64,000 nucleotides of DNA from Bispira polyomma. Taxonomy: Eukaryota. The notes below the pieces were generated by a model. It did no database searches, had not been told where the DNA came from, and saw only the letters and a program-made list of their open reading frames with translations. The position numbers were made by a program, and so were the translations under genes. This document shows, one piece after another, positions 1 through 11,546 of the stretch. Where the stretch lies: NCBI GenBank assembly GCA_965649765.1, contig OZ287756.1, forward strand, positions 48,174,001 to 48,238,000, in the 5' to 3' direction. Numbering within the stretch: position 1 is the stretch's first letter; each line of letters opens with the position of its first letter.

Positions 1-1277
1 TAAGATTTCTGATTGAGCACTTATAGTTAGGCCATTGTCCTTTTTTATGCATTTGATAGTCTTTTCTGTGAAATGTTTATTTTCTAAAGAACAGAAAAAT
101 TTGATTGGTTTCTCCCCTTGTTGTACCCACTGAAGTCGAGATCTCACTATATGTCCTTTCAAGTTTTCTTCCCTAAGTGCCTCTAACTCATCTTTTTTGT
201 CCTCAAGTAAGTTTATTACAGCAAAAATATTTTGACTTTTTTCCAAATCACTAATTTCTTCTTTCAATTTTTCTTCCCTGTTGACTTTTGACTTTTTTAG
301 CATTGAAGCAAATTTGATTGTTTCCCCCCTCAGTCTTAATAACAAGGTTTCCAAGAATAGATTATCATCTATAGAAAACTGAACATTTTGAAGGGAATTG
401 TTTTCTAAGTAATTTAAACTATATACAGGGAGGGCATATTTTAGTACCTCATCAATTATTGAATTATTAATCAATGTTACATAATTTCGCTCCTTAAGTA
501 TAGATGTATTGAATTTCCAGAGACCTCTACCTTGTACAAATCTGTTTATCAAGATTTCAACTTTAAGTAATGAGTGATCAGATCTATAACCCGGTAATAT
601 TTCACAACAGTGTATACAATCCATGAGAGTATGAGAAGCCAAAATGTAGTCTAGTCTTGCTTGTTGTAATGGTGACTTTCTTCTCCAAGTATATCTCGGC
701 TTATCTGGGTGAACATTTCTGTACACATCAATTAATGTGTGATCCTCTATCATACTGAGAACTACCTTCCTTGACTTAGGGTTGTTAATATTACAATAGT
801 TAAAGGTGTCCTTTTTTGGATTAAGTGCTAAGTTGAGATCTCCACACAAAAGGGTATATGTTTGGTCATTTGAGCCAATAATTCTATTGATATTACTATA
901 AAACAAAGGCAAGTCTTTATTTGGACCATAGATGTTTATAAGTTTCAACCTTATGTCACTTATTGTCATATTTATAGACAGCGTATTACCGATCTCATCT
1001 TTTTCTATATCTCCTATGGTGTATTCAAAGTTATTTCCAATAAGAGTCGCTACTCCCCGCGCGTTTGTTTTAGTTCCATGTATAATACACTCTCCCCCCC
1101 CCATAGATGTTGTATTTCAGGTTGATCTTCGGGTAACCAATGTGTATCTTGTAAACACACTATGTCAGGATTTTTGTCCTTTAAATAGTTAATTACATCT
1201 ACTTTTTTCGAATGAGTACGCAGTCCTTGGCAATTTGCCGAAAACACCACAACTGTTTTACCGTTTGCTTTTATCAT
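1..1277 (-). pseudogene. LINE ORF2 N-terminus: APE-type endonuclease plus linker, with one frameshift in a G9 run
   Basis: MIKANGKTVVVFSANCQGL..LQDTH..WGG, then a frameshift at 1094-1102, then CIIHG..ARGVATLI..NIYGPN..GDLN..YTW..RLDY..SDHS..WKFN..RSRLQWVQQGEKPIKFF. The frame stays open to position 1. These are the standard L1/Tx1 endonuclease and linker motifs. Confidence 0.9.
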
Positions 1278-1486
1278 TGTTAATCTTAACAAAGAACTTC
1301 CCCATTATCTCTGCAGGTGAAAAACAGTGACAGCAATTACTTAAATCTACAACAAAATACAACCTTGTGTTTAATTGGTCAAAAATTACTATTGGGAGAA
1401 AACTATATAACTTTCTATAAACAAAGAGTAACAGATAAAAAAAATAAAGCAACATATTTATAATTCTTATTATCTACAAAATATAT

Positions 1487-2700
1487 TTGATTTTGATTCA
1501 GTTCCTTGCAATATTTAATAATATCTACATAATTCCTCTATAATGAAATGTAAACAGCACATCCATTATTCTAAACCTTTCCTCTGTAACAAACATAATT
1601 TTGGTGTAAGACTCTTTCACTGGGAATAGCGAATCATCTTACTTAGCATAAATTTTGTATGACAAATTTTTCTATTATCAGCACAATATGTTTGATTTTG
1701 ATTCAGTTCCTTGCAATATTTGATACTATCTACAAAATTCCTATATATTGAAATATATATAACACAACCATCATTAAGCAGTGTATTGATTTTGATTCAG
1801 TTCCTTGCAATATTTGATACTATCTACAAAATTCCTATATATTGAAATATATATAACACAACCATCATTAAGCAGTGTATTATATCAATTGAAAAATATT
1901 TATTACAAATTCCAAACAGAAAAAAACCCAAATAAAACCCAAAAATTACACACCAAACATCAAAAGTTTTTGAAATATCACTGCCTTAAATAAGCACTAT
2001 TTGATTAAATAAACATTAAATATACAAATATAGTTAATCATTGGATGCACTAGTGTGCTAATTTATATGTTGATACATTTATAATATTCAAAAATTTTTA
2101 TATGTCATAATAAGCACCGACAAAATAAATATATGTTTGAGTATTTTTTTTTAGCCTTCATACATATTTTCTTTATATCAACTAAGTGTACTGAATACTT
2201 GTCCAGTAAAGGTTCTAGTGTGTAGTTTCTAAGTACACACACTTTGACCAAACCAATTAGTGATGTTTGGCATTTACACATGTTTTCTTTATATCAACTA
2301 AGTGTACTGGACACTTGTCCAGTAAAAAGTGTTAGTTTCTAAATAAAAATAAAAAACCCTAGAAAATTACAACAAAGAATTACGTCACTATGATATTATT
2401 TCTTTATATCAGCTATGATATTATTTCTTTATATCAGCTAAGTGTACTGGACACTTGTCCAGTAAAAAGTGTTAGTTTCTAAATACACACTTTGATTGAA
2501 CCAATTTAGTGATTTACACAGCACATAATGAAAAGTACATTTTGTCTCCACTTCTGTTAAAAAGGCATAACAACTGAGGGGTTGTATCAAAAACTTTTGG
2601 GTATTGTCAGTGCAATATTTCCTAGTTCTAAAAGAAAAAGAAAAAACCCTAGAAAATTACAACAAAGAATTACGTCACTACAACGTCACTACTTCTAAAT
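1487..2700. repeat. Local direct duplications in the LINE inter-ORF spacer
   Basis: ttgattttgattcagttccttgcaatattt at ~1487, ~1692 and ~1787 (a ~95-bp tandem pair); ttctttatatca(a/g)ctaagtgtactg at ~2168, ~2285 and ~2425; aaaaaaccctagaaaattacaacaaagaattacgtcacta at 2351 and 2641. Confidence 0.9.
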
Positions 2701-3123
2701 ACACTGTACGCTGCAATTGATCTTCTATTTTTGATTTGGTGGTTCAGATTTTCAATTCTTATAATTGTGTTACTGTACAGAAATATTCTTGTCTGTACTT
2801 TTAGAAAATGTAATATGTCATGATTTTAGTCAGCAGAACATTTTAAACAATAGTCGAAAAGGTAGATTCTAGTGCAAAACAAGGGCTAAATACTAATGTA
2901 ACTTGAAGAAAATGTTACACAACAGTACATGAATTATGAATTAGGTCATTTTGCTTTACTGATTATGTTCACATATAATTCATAGCAGATTCAAGCACTT
3001 TGAAAACACTTAAAACGCTGAAAAAAAACAACAAAAAAAACAACTGATTACAATGTAACTGGGGTAGTATTTTGTTCCACTTGATGGAAATTATTTTCAA
3101 AATAGCGTTCAACAGCAAATTTA

Positions 3124-4587
3124 TTAAATACTTGCTGCGTCGTCTAAAAGTTCCTGTCTAATTTCCTCAAGCAACTTGCCCATGATATTCTTTCCCTTGC
3201 TCCAGTTATTCACATCCAAGGCTTGTCGGTCGTTTAGATCATACCCAATTCCGAAGAACTTGTCATATTTGTTGGCCTCGGCGATCCTTCTATTTCCAGT
3301 GGCAATTAAAAGTTCCTTAATGTAAGTGTTTTGTAGAACCTTTTCCTTCACACCTTCCTTGACCATAGATTTTGCTTGACTTTCCCAGGCTATTTTATTG
3401 AATTGTTGTATTTTTTTTCATAATCTTTTCTGAATGACAGGATCTTTCTCTCTCATAACATTTTCTGCTGTTTCCAAATCACCAGCTAAAAGGCATTTTT
3501 GCCTCATTATGTACTGTTCTGAACAATTGTAGTTTACACTATCCACTACAAAACTTGCCCTGTGATGATTGGAAAATGGGGAGTTTTTTGTAAAAAACAA
3601 AACAACATCATCTGTCATTGGCGTGTACACAGATGTAGGTGTCAACAATGTTGGGAGGTCCTGTAAATTGTCCATAGTAAATTCTCTGTTATCCAACATT
3701 AACTTGTCTTTTAGCAGGAAGGCACGATAGTTACTTCCGTCAGTCTTTTGAATAGAGCGAGCTCTCTTCACTATCGGCCAAAGTAATCTTCTTCTTTGTT
3801 GCCATTCAACAGGGAAGTCTTCAGTCAGAATCACTTTTCTGTCATATTCGTCTTTCATGAATTTTCTCTTATCCCACACAAGCATTCGTACTCTCCTGGA
3901 AGCGAACCTAACGATCACTGACCTGAGTGGAGACATGTTTCTTTTGATGCCAATTCTGTGAACCTGGTCAAGGTAATTTTCATGAAGATCAGGCAAAACT
4001 TTTTTGAACATACCAGTAACATACTCAGTCAGATGCTGAATTTCTTCAGGAATGTTTAAGATGCGGAGGTTAATTATTCTCGAATGAGCTTCGAGAACTA
4101 GTTTCTTCTGTTTTTCAGCTTTAAGATTGGCTGTTAGTGTTTCAATGTCATTTCTTTGCTGCTTCAATTCCACATCAAATGTGCTGACTATGTCTTTGAT
4201 ATCTGAGAAAGTCCCATTACAGGATTTTCCTATATCTTCTTTAAAGCTGTCCAATTTGGTGTCTATCTGGTGTGCAAAGGCTTGCTGCATCTCTGTATGT
4301 TTTGCTATAGTCACACTAACTACATCTGATTTTAAGTTCTCCAGTTGTTGGTTCCATAATTTCATTTTATCATCAATCATGTAATTAATCCTGCCAACTA
4401 TGCTGTCATCCATAGCAGGTGATGGGGGTGAGAGAACTGTGTTAGGTCTTTTGCTTGCTGATGTTACAGGCGTGCCAAGTTGATCCAGAGAAGAGTGTGC
4501 TTTCTGTTCTAGTTCTGGCTCAACTTGTTTATCCACAGTTTCTTTTTTTTTACCTCCACTGAAAGCTGTTCTGATATCCTTTGACAT
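3124..4587 (-). pseudogene. L1-type ORF1 (coiled coil + RRM + CTD, Transposase_22-like) fused to a C-terminal NADAR/YbiA-like domain; in-frame TGA at 3418-3420
   Basis: ORF1 motifs: LEAHSRIINLRILNIPE, HRIG, RSVIVRF, TEDF, RRRLL. NADAR motifs: FFTKNSPFSNHH, SEQYIMRQKCLLAGD, DPVIQKRL*KKI, W, KVLQN, LLIATGNRRIAEANKYDKFFGIG, GKNIMGKLLEEIR. The track ORFs 3418-4701 and 3124-3366 are in one frame, joined by *KKIQQFNKIAWESQAKS. Confidence 0.88.
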
Positions 4588-5279
4588 ATTTGTATGTGAA
4601 AATATTGAATTCCTTTTTAAACACAGACACTTTTCTAAACACTCAAGCACAAACAATATCCCTTTTTTACTTAGGTTCCTTTGTGCTACCAATTTCTTCA
4701 ATTGTCTTATGTTGATATACTTTTTTTTTTTTAAAAGTCAGTATAGAAAAGTACAACACTTTAGTGAAAGACACACCTGGTATTCACATTTAGTTTACAC
4801 TATGTTCACTACATTGACAGGTAGCCTCCTTTTCAGTACACCTTCAGTACACAGTATCAATTCCTTTGTAGGTTGTAGACATACCAAAAACTTTACATTG
4901 CCATAAATCTATTTTTACAAAGTTCCCAGTATATTTAGCTGGTTTAACATGATCTACATATTACTTATAAACATTTAACACCAGATTTAGTAATGTGCTA
5001 TCCTTGCATATTGCTTAAAAACTGAAACTTTATGGCTATTTACTCCTCTGCCATGTTGATTTTCCAAGGGACCATATCAAAACCAATTTACATACATTAC
5101 TTCAGAAGGATATCAGTGAAAACATTTAGGGATTATATTTTTAAGTCTCCAATGTAGTAATCTTTATTAATCCAGTTTAGGCAATTATCACTATTCATTC
5201 AAAAGAAAAGGAGATATAAGTTAGAAATTCTATTTGAAAATACCATTTTAAAAGTCTATACTTACGTAGGATCTTATTG

Positions 5280-5500
5280 ATTTTGAGTTTAAGTTTAAGC
5301 CAGGAGCTTCTACTGACCTTGAGGACAACAAGAGTTTAAGATTGACTTTGAGTTTAAGCCCAGCACTTACACTGACCTTGAGGACAACAGGAGTTTAAGT
5401 TCGGCTTTGGGTTTAAGCCTGTGGCTTCTACTGACCTAAGGACAAGAGTTTAAGATTGACTTTAGGTTTGTGTTTAAGCCCAGAGCTTCCACTGACCTTA
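5280..5500. repeat. ~60-bp tandem repeat, about 4 units, each carrying a copy of the host exon's AG|GTCAGT donor (minus strand)
   Basis: actgacct recurs at ~5312, 5371, 5430 and 5491, with shared gagtttaag/tttaagcc segments. Confidence 0.85.
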
Positions 5501-5568
5501 AGGGCAAATTCATCATCTGTAGGCTCCTCTGGGTTGTACGGTTCTGCGTCATTTGTAACTGGACTAGG
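5497..5568 (-). CDS. Host gene internal exon (72 nt, phase 0-0): PSPVTNDAEPYNPEEPTDDEFALK
   Basis: Acceptor tatctatttcag, donor AAG|gtcagt, open frame, phase fits the preceding exon. Confidence 0.7.
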
Positions 5569-6644
5569 CTGAAATAGATAAATGTCTTTTTATTTCAGGC
5601 CCGGGGCCTATATTAAAAGATGCATGTATATCTACATAAAAAGAAAGGAAAAGGTACATATAAAAAGTTATAAGAGGCAATAAAACTTTGTTGAGATCCA
5701 GTAAGACAATAGACATCAACAAGGGTGAACATAGATACAATGTGGTAAAATACGACTAAAACTCATTCAAAACGATAAAACTTCGTGTAACAAATATATC
5801 AAGGAAAACATCTGTAGAGTTACAGCAGGACAGAAAGGAGAAAAAAGTAAAGGCCAAAACTCAACTGGACCATTACCTAGATCTTATTGAGTAAATCAAA
5901 AATAAAACAAAAAAATACATAACTTGTGTGTCCAAATAGTAACACATGAATGATTTTTTGTCAATAACTAACAAAACTTAAACATCAGCACACAGACACA
6001 GTATTTCCACAATATGCATCTAGATTATTGAAGAAAAAGAAAATCATATTCAGATTAAAAGGACAGACAGTTACAGTACAACCTCCATTAACAGAGCTTT
6101 TATAATCCAAATATTTATTTTTTAACTCTCATATTTACATTTTCCTATTGTTTCATACTAAATTGCCGGTTGTTTCTTGTTTTTTTTACGAACATTTGAT
6201 ATGATAAACAAAATCTCCCTCTCCCAAACACGATCAGGGTCTATAGTAGTTCAAGTTAGTAGAGATTTTTGTTTTGTTTGTGTTGTCAAGTGAAGCCATA
6301 GTCCTGGTGGTAACTCTACAAAGTTACAAGCCCAAGCCAAAAGTTCACTGTCCAGTAGTCTGCAAAAGATCAATATTCTATACTGATATTCGTAGATGAA
6401 ACTATGTGTGTGATTACTATCTACAGTAGAAAGACTATAAGAAAATTGTAAATCAAGCATTTCTTGGACATGTATTTTAAAATATCAATGTCTTATTTTG
6501 TTTAAATATTTATCTTAATTTACAAGCAAGATGGTCTGGCAACTCTGCAGAGATACCTGTTCAACCTAAAAGTTGGAAGCATTCTGCTTGCTGGCAGGTG
6601 GCAGTTTCGAACATTAAACACTGAGAGTATTTTGCTCTGCTTAC

Positions 6645-6688
6645 CAACTGTCTGTCGTAATCCCTGCCGAGACCTCGTCCTCCATGAT
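6645..6688 (-). CDS. Host gene internal exon (44 nt, phase 1-0): (D)HGGRGLGRDYDRQL
   Basis: Acceptor tctgtctgtactttcag, donor TTG|gtaagc, phase links the 26024-25922 and 5568-5497 exons. Confidence 0.7.
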
Positions 6689-8129
6689 CTGAAAGTACAG
6701 ACAGATAGAATCAAGTAACGCAAGGAGAACTGGGATTGGAAATTACAGCATGTCCAATATTCAAATAGGGTGATTTAATAAAAAACAATTACTGGTAAGA
6801 TATCTATCTGTAAAAATCCATGGACTTGATTGCCACTGGACATTTAGATCTGGAAGCTATTCTTTGTGTTGGACTAATCCTTGTTGGATCTTGTAAATCC
6901 AGAGGATGGCTGGACATAAAAAAAGTTTTATCCCCAGTGACAGCCTAAGGAACCTTGAGGGAGGCTGATAACTTGCGTAATTCCTCAAGCCTCTCTCTTC
7001 AGTTTGGGGAGTGACAAGTAATGGTGCTGATTGGCTGTACTGGGACAGTCAAGAAAAGGTTAATTAGCCCTTTAAATATCAGTACAAATCTAAACGCAAT
7101 ACAATACAATCTCACAGAACAGATTTTTGAAGCAAACTTCAGGGAATGCCTGAAATAACTGAGTCTTGGTGGGGATCAAGAATCAATCCTACTCTAAATA
7201 GGATTGCCAGCCAGGAGTTAACTTTCACTGAGACAATTTTTTATACACAAATTTAATTACAGTCTCAAACACTGGGGCTAAAAGAAATTCTCCAAAGAAA
7301 CCCAAACTCAATTCAAGTGAAAGCTATATAAAACTACCATATATGAAAATAGCCCTAACCTTGTAACCATTCATTTTAATAAAGCTTTCAGTGCTGAATA
7401 CAAATGTGCAGTTAGATTGTAAGTATTCTTTCTCTAGCCAGAGGCACAGAGACAATTGCTCTAAGTTTTAAGACTGACCTGAATATTTTTTTTACAGAAC
7501 ATGACCACAATATGGCAGAAAATGTGTATTTTATGACAATAGAAACAGGGTGACAAAAACAAACACTCAAATAAATAGCGCATGATAAAAACAATCAAAC
7601 AAACAAAGAGATAGTTAAATGTTTATTACATTTTTTTACTCAACTTATGACTGTACACCAGAATTCTACTCTGTGTAGAGACTTTCCCAAAAGAAACATA
7701 TAAAAATCCACTGTACTATAGAAGTCATAAAGGTAATATGTGCTACATGTCAACATTCGCACAGAGGGCCTTTTTGCATTACAATAAGTGCAGAAATCTG
7801 TGTAGGGTTTAATTTTTACAATGTAGATTGTAGTAGCATTGTTGACAGTAGATTGCAGTGCATTCATGCTAGTTATTTTGTTAAAAAAAATTATTTTTAA
7901 AGTTTTCTAGCTTTGTTTACATGCAGAAAACTGACACTAACCGATTTTTTTTTTCTGGCTACCCAGGGGCTGTATTCACGAAAGGTCTAAGTCTTAACTT
8001 AGTCTTACGCTGAAGATATATTCATAACTACACCTTGTGCATTGGAGAACCAATGCATATTTGCATCCACCAGAAAGACAAAGCACCCTAGGTTGCAAGC
8101 ACCCTAGCTAGCACCCAAGCTAGGAGCCT

Positions 8130-9475
8130 ATGATTTCCTATAGGGCATTTATGCTAAAGCCTAAAATCGCACAAGTGGGTTTCATATTGCAAACATGTGG
8201 GACCAATAAGTGTGAGATAGGCACTTTAAAGTTGGCCTACTCGTTTGACCTTGCACGACGGATCCAAGGTCAAATCTAATCACAGCAAAAGATTAGCAGC
8301 CCATGATTTCCTATAGGTTGGTTTCACATCCCAAACCTGTACGACCAATAATAAGCGAGATATAGGCACTTTAAGGTTTGGCCATATGCATTTGACCTTG
8401 AACGAGGGGCCCAAGGTCAAATCTGAGTACATCAAAAGATTTTCAGCCCATGATTTTCTATAGGTTGGTTTGGCACTCAAAACCTCTGGAACCAATAATA
8501 AGTGAGATACAGGGACTTCTAAGTTTGGCCATCTGCATTTGACCTTGAATAAGGGGCCCCAAGGTCAAATCTGAGTACATGAAAAGATTCCCAGCCCATG
8601 AGTTTCTTTAGATTGGTTTGGCACTCCAAACCTGTCGGACCAATAATAAGCGTGATGTAGGCACTTTTAGGTTTGGCCATCCGCATTTGACCTTGAACAA
8701 GGGGGCCCAAGGTCAAATCTGAGTACATCAAAAGATTCCCAGCCCATGATTTTCTATAGGTTGGTTTGGCACTCCAAACCTCTGGGACCAATAATAAGAG
8801 AGATATAGGACTTTTAAGTTTGACCATCCGCATTTGACCTTGAAGGAGAGGGCCAAGGTCAAATGTGAGCACATAATAAGATTCCCTGCTTATGATTTCC
8901 TATAGGTTTGTTTTAGATCCCAAACCACTAGGACCAATATTAAGCGAGATATAGGCACTTTTAAGTTTGGCCATCTGCATTTAACCTTGAACGAGGGGCC
9001 CAAGGTCAAATCGGACCACATGAAAAGATTCCCAGCCCATGATTTCCTATAAGTTTGTTTAAGATCCAAAACCTCTAGGACCAATATTAAGCGAGATATA
9101 GGCACTAGGGACTAGGCACTCTGTCGATGACCTTTAATGAGGAGATTCAAGGTCAAATGTCTGCATGCTTATAAAGGACATATATATATAATTAAGAGAT
9201 CACCGGTAAAGAGATTCAACCTTGTACAGCTGAGATGCCTGATCATTTTCAAAGAAACGCCCATGGCGGCCATCTTGTTTGTCAAAATGAGGCTAAATTT
9301 ATTCCCAGGCAAGGTTTTGTAATAAAGAACATTTCCTGTAAATTTCAGGAGCCTAGGTGTAAAAGTTTTTCCAGGAGAGCGGTAACAGTAAAATCTCTAC
9401 ACACAGGCGGCGGCGGTGTAACGATGACTAATACATAGTATCCACCGGAGTTACTCTTCCGGTAGATACAAATAT
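8130..9475 (+). mobile_element. Non-autonomous element with an internal 147-bp tandem array (Helentron/HINE-like architecture)
   Basis: TTTGACCTTG..CAAGGTCAAA palindrome at 8244, 8391, 8538, 8686, 8833 and 8980 (period 147-148). It is followed by a GGC microsatellite (~9406) and a terminal hairpin gtatccaccggag..tccggtagatac (~9438-9469). Confidence 0.65.
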
Positions 9476-11546
9476 TCTCAAAATACAATTCTTAGAACTT
9501 TCTTTAGACTCAGATTTAGATTCTATTTAAAACAATAACAATTTCCACGTCTACCAGCCCAGATCATATAAAACAAGCAGTGCATGATGGTTGTCACTTT
9601 CACATTTAGTACCAAAGTATTGTTTTTTTTCATCGATTTCTTTAAGTTAAAATGTTATTTTCAGTCTCGGTACAGACAGCCACATTTCATACAACTAATA
9701 TTTCATTTCTATTTTATGACCCTATCTATCAATAATTTTTGAACCATCTGAGAACTATTGGCATTTGAAACTAATGAATACTAAACAGAAAACCTGATGC
9801 ATCACTTATAAATTACAAAACTTGACAGTTTTTATACTGTTGTCTGGGGTTCATGATCATTTTTGTTTACTGTATAAAATCTTTTATACCTTTTGACGTA
9901 TTTTGATGTCTTTACAACTTGCAAGCAGGTGCGTTTTTTTTTAAAGAAGGTCCAAAGGCATCTTTGAATTTTGCGGTTTTATAGCTATGCGAGAAAGTGC
10001 CAGCTATCAGTCAATGTCTCAACTATGCACCCATTGAATTAATTCATTGCAAGAATTTCTTTCAGAATATAAACGCAAGAGTTTGAACAGCTGAAACATT
10101 CCTGTCAAAGTGAAGGGGTCAAGTGTCCAGTGTAACAGATCCCTCAAAATAGACTGCACTGAAGATACAGTACCCCCCCCCTCCCCCCCTCCCCCCAAAA
10201 AAAATTTAAAAAAAATAAAAAAAAATAGTTTACTGAGGTATCTATCCTCCAGAGGACTAGAAGTAGGTGTGGCCTAATATACAAATTAGCTGATGTCAAA
10301 ATTTATTTCACTTCCTGCCCCTACTATAATTCCTGCTGCGATCGTGATAAAGGAATTGTACCTTAATTTCACTACCAGATGAACATACAAGGGAAACATC
10401 ATAGGAGTAATGAATCTAACATTAATGTTACCTGGATTAGTAGCTAAACTGTTTATTGATATCGAACAATATTTATTTTTTGTGTTCTTGTGTGCTATAT
10501 ATACAGTACACTCTCTTCCACTAGAACCAAGATCAGTCAAATTTCTCTGCAAGTAAAACCTATTTTCTGGTTCCAAAATTGGAAAAAAAATACTTTTTTA
10601 GCTAAAAGTAGCGGGCGTCTCTTTTACGGGCATCCGTTTTACGAAACGTAAAAGTGGGACGCATGTTTACAGAGGAACTAAATCCTGTGGACATTGACAT
10701 TTTAACTGATGCCGAGTCAACTGTATCACACTCGGTCCACTGTAAGACTTTAACTAAATGACTAAAGTTAGTGTACTGGCTTGCTCTACCAACTCACTGT
10801 TAAAGCAGCTTACCCACATTTTCCCTCTAAATCTACCAGTCTGTAAGGAGTTTGCCCTAGGGATGGGTAAGAAGATTAGGCAAAGAGCACACACGAAGAT
10901 ACTTCCTTATTGATTCTGGATAACAAAGGTGCAGAGGTCAATGCCTATGCACAGGCCACAGATTTCACTGCAATTACCCTAATGGCAACATTAAGCTCTA
11001 GTTACATCTAACAGCTTGGTCAGTAGATAACTGGCACTGTAAGGAGTGGCCATTTCAGTGTATTAAGACTACTCTCCCACCATTACTCTGCTCTTAAAAG
11101 AATTACTACTTCCTCCGGCCTGAAAAATCTAAAGGTTAGGCTGTAAATTAGTTGCAGTAAAAATGGGTGATCTACTGCCTTTTTTGTGGTAAAATCATAA
11201 GTTTGGAGTCAAGAAAAAGAGTATTCTTTTTCTGATTTTGTGTACTGAATGAGGCATTACATATTCTTTAAAGGAGTACTAGAATACTGGTTGACAACCA
11301 TAACTAGCCAGATAAGTAAAAAACTTGTCATTATCTGGTGGGCTAACAATGTTAGGAATACCAAGTTGTATCAAAGTAGTTCAGCTCATCAGGAAACATT
11401 GTCACAGGGCTGCATCAGTCAATTACACTTCCTGACACAAATTGATCAACCCATGGTTTGTGTTGAGACAAACAAAAAACCTCAAGAAACTAAAATTACC
11501 AATGCATTAAGTACCATGGTTGTTCAGCTCCCAACAAATTCTAGGT

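Larger units (their letters stand above)
1..4700 (-). mobile_element. L1/Tx1-clade non-LTR retrotransposon, 5' part (ORF1-NADAR, long spacer, ORF2 endonuclease); continues beyond the window start
   Basis: Co-oriented L1-type ORF1 (4587-3124) and ORF2 N-terminus (1277-1). The 5' boundary lies somewhere between 4700 and 5270 and is not resolved; the 3' end is outside the window. Confidence 0.85.

Noticed and set aside
3418-3420. Selenocysteine codon
   Set aside because: The position aligns with Gly rather than Cys, and I could not identify a SECIS element.
4588-4701. N-terminal 38 codons of the 427-aa ORF in the track
   Set aside because: Starts at TTG; the first ATG (MSKD, 4587) is the likelier eukaryotic start.
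8200-9110. CRISPR-like array (regularly spaced palindromes) and the ORFs within it
   Set aside because: The intervening sequences are homologous, not unique spacers; there are no cas genes and the context is eukaryotic. The ORFs are by-products of the repeat.
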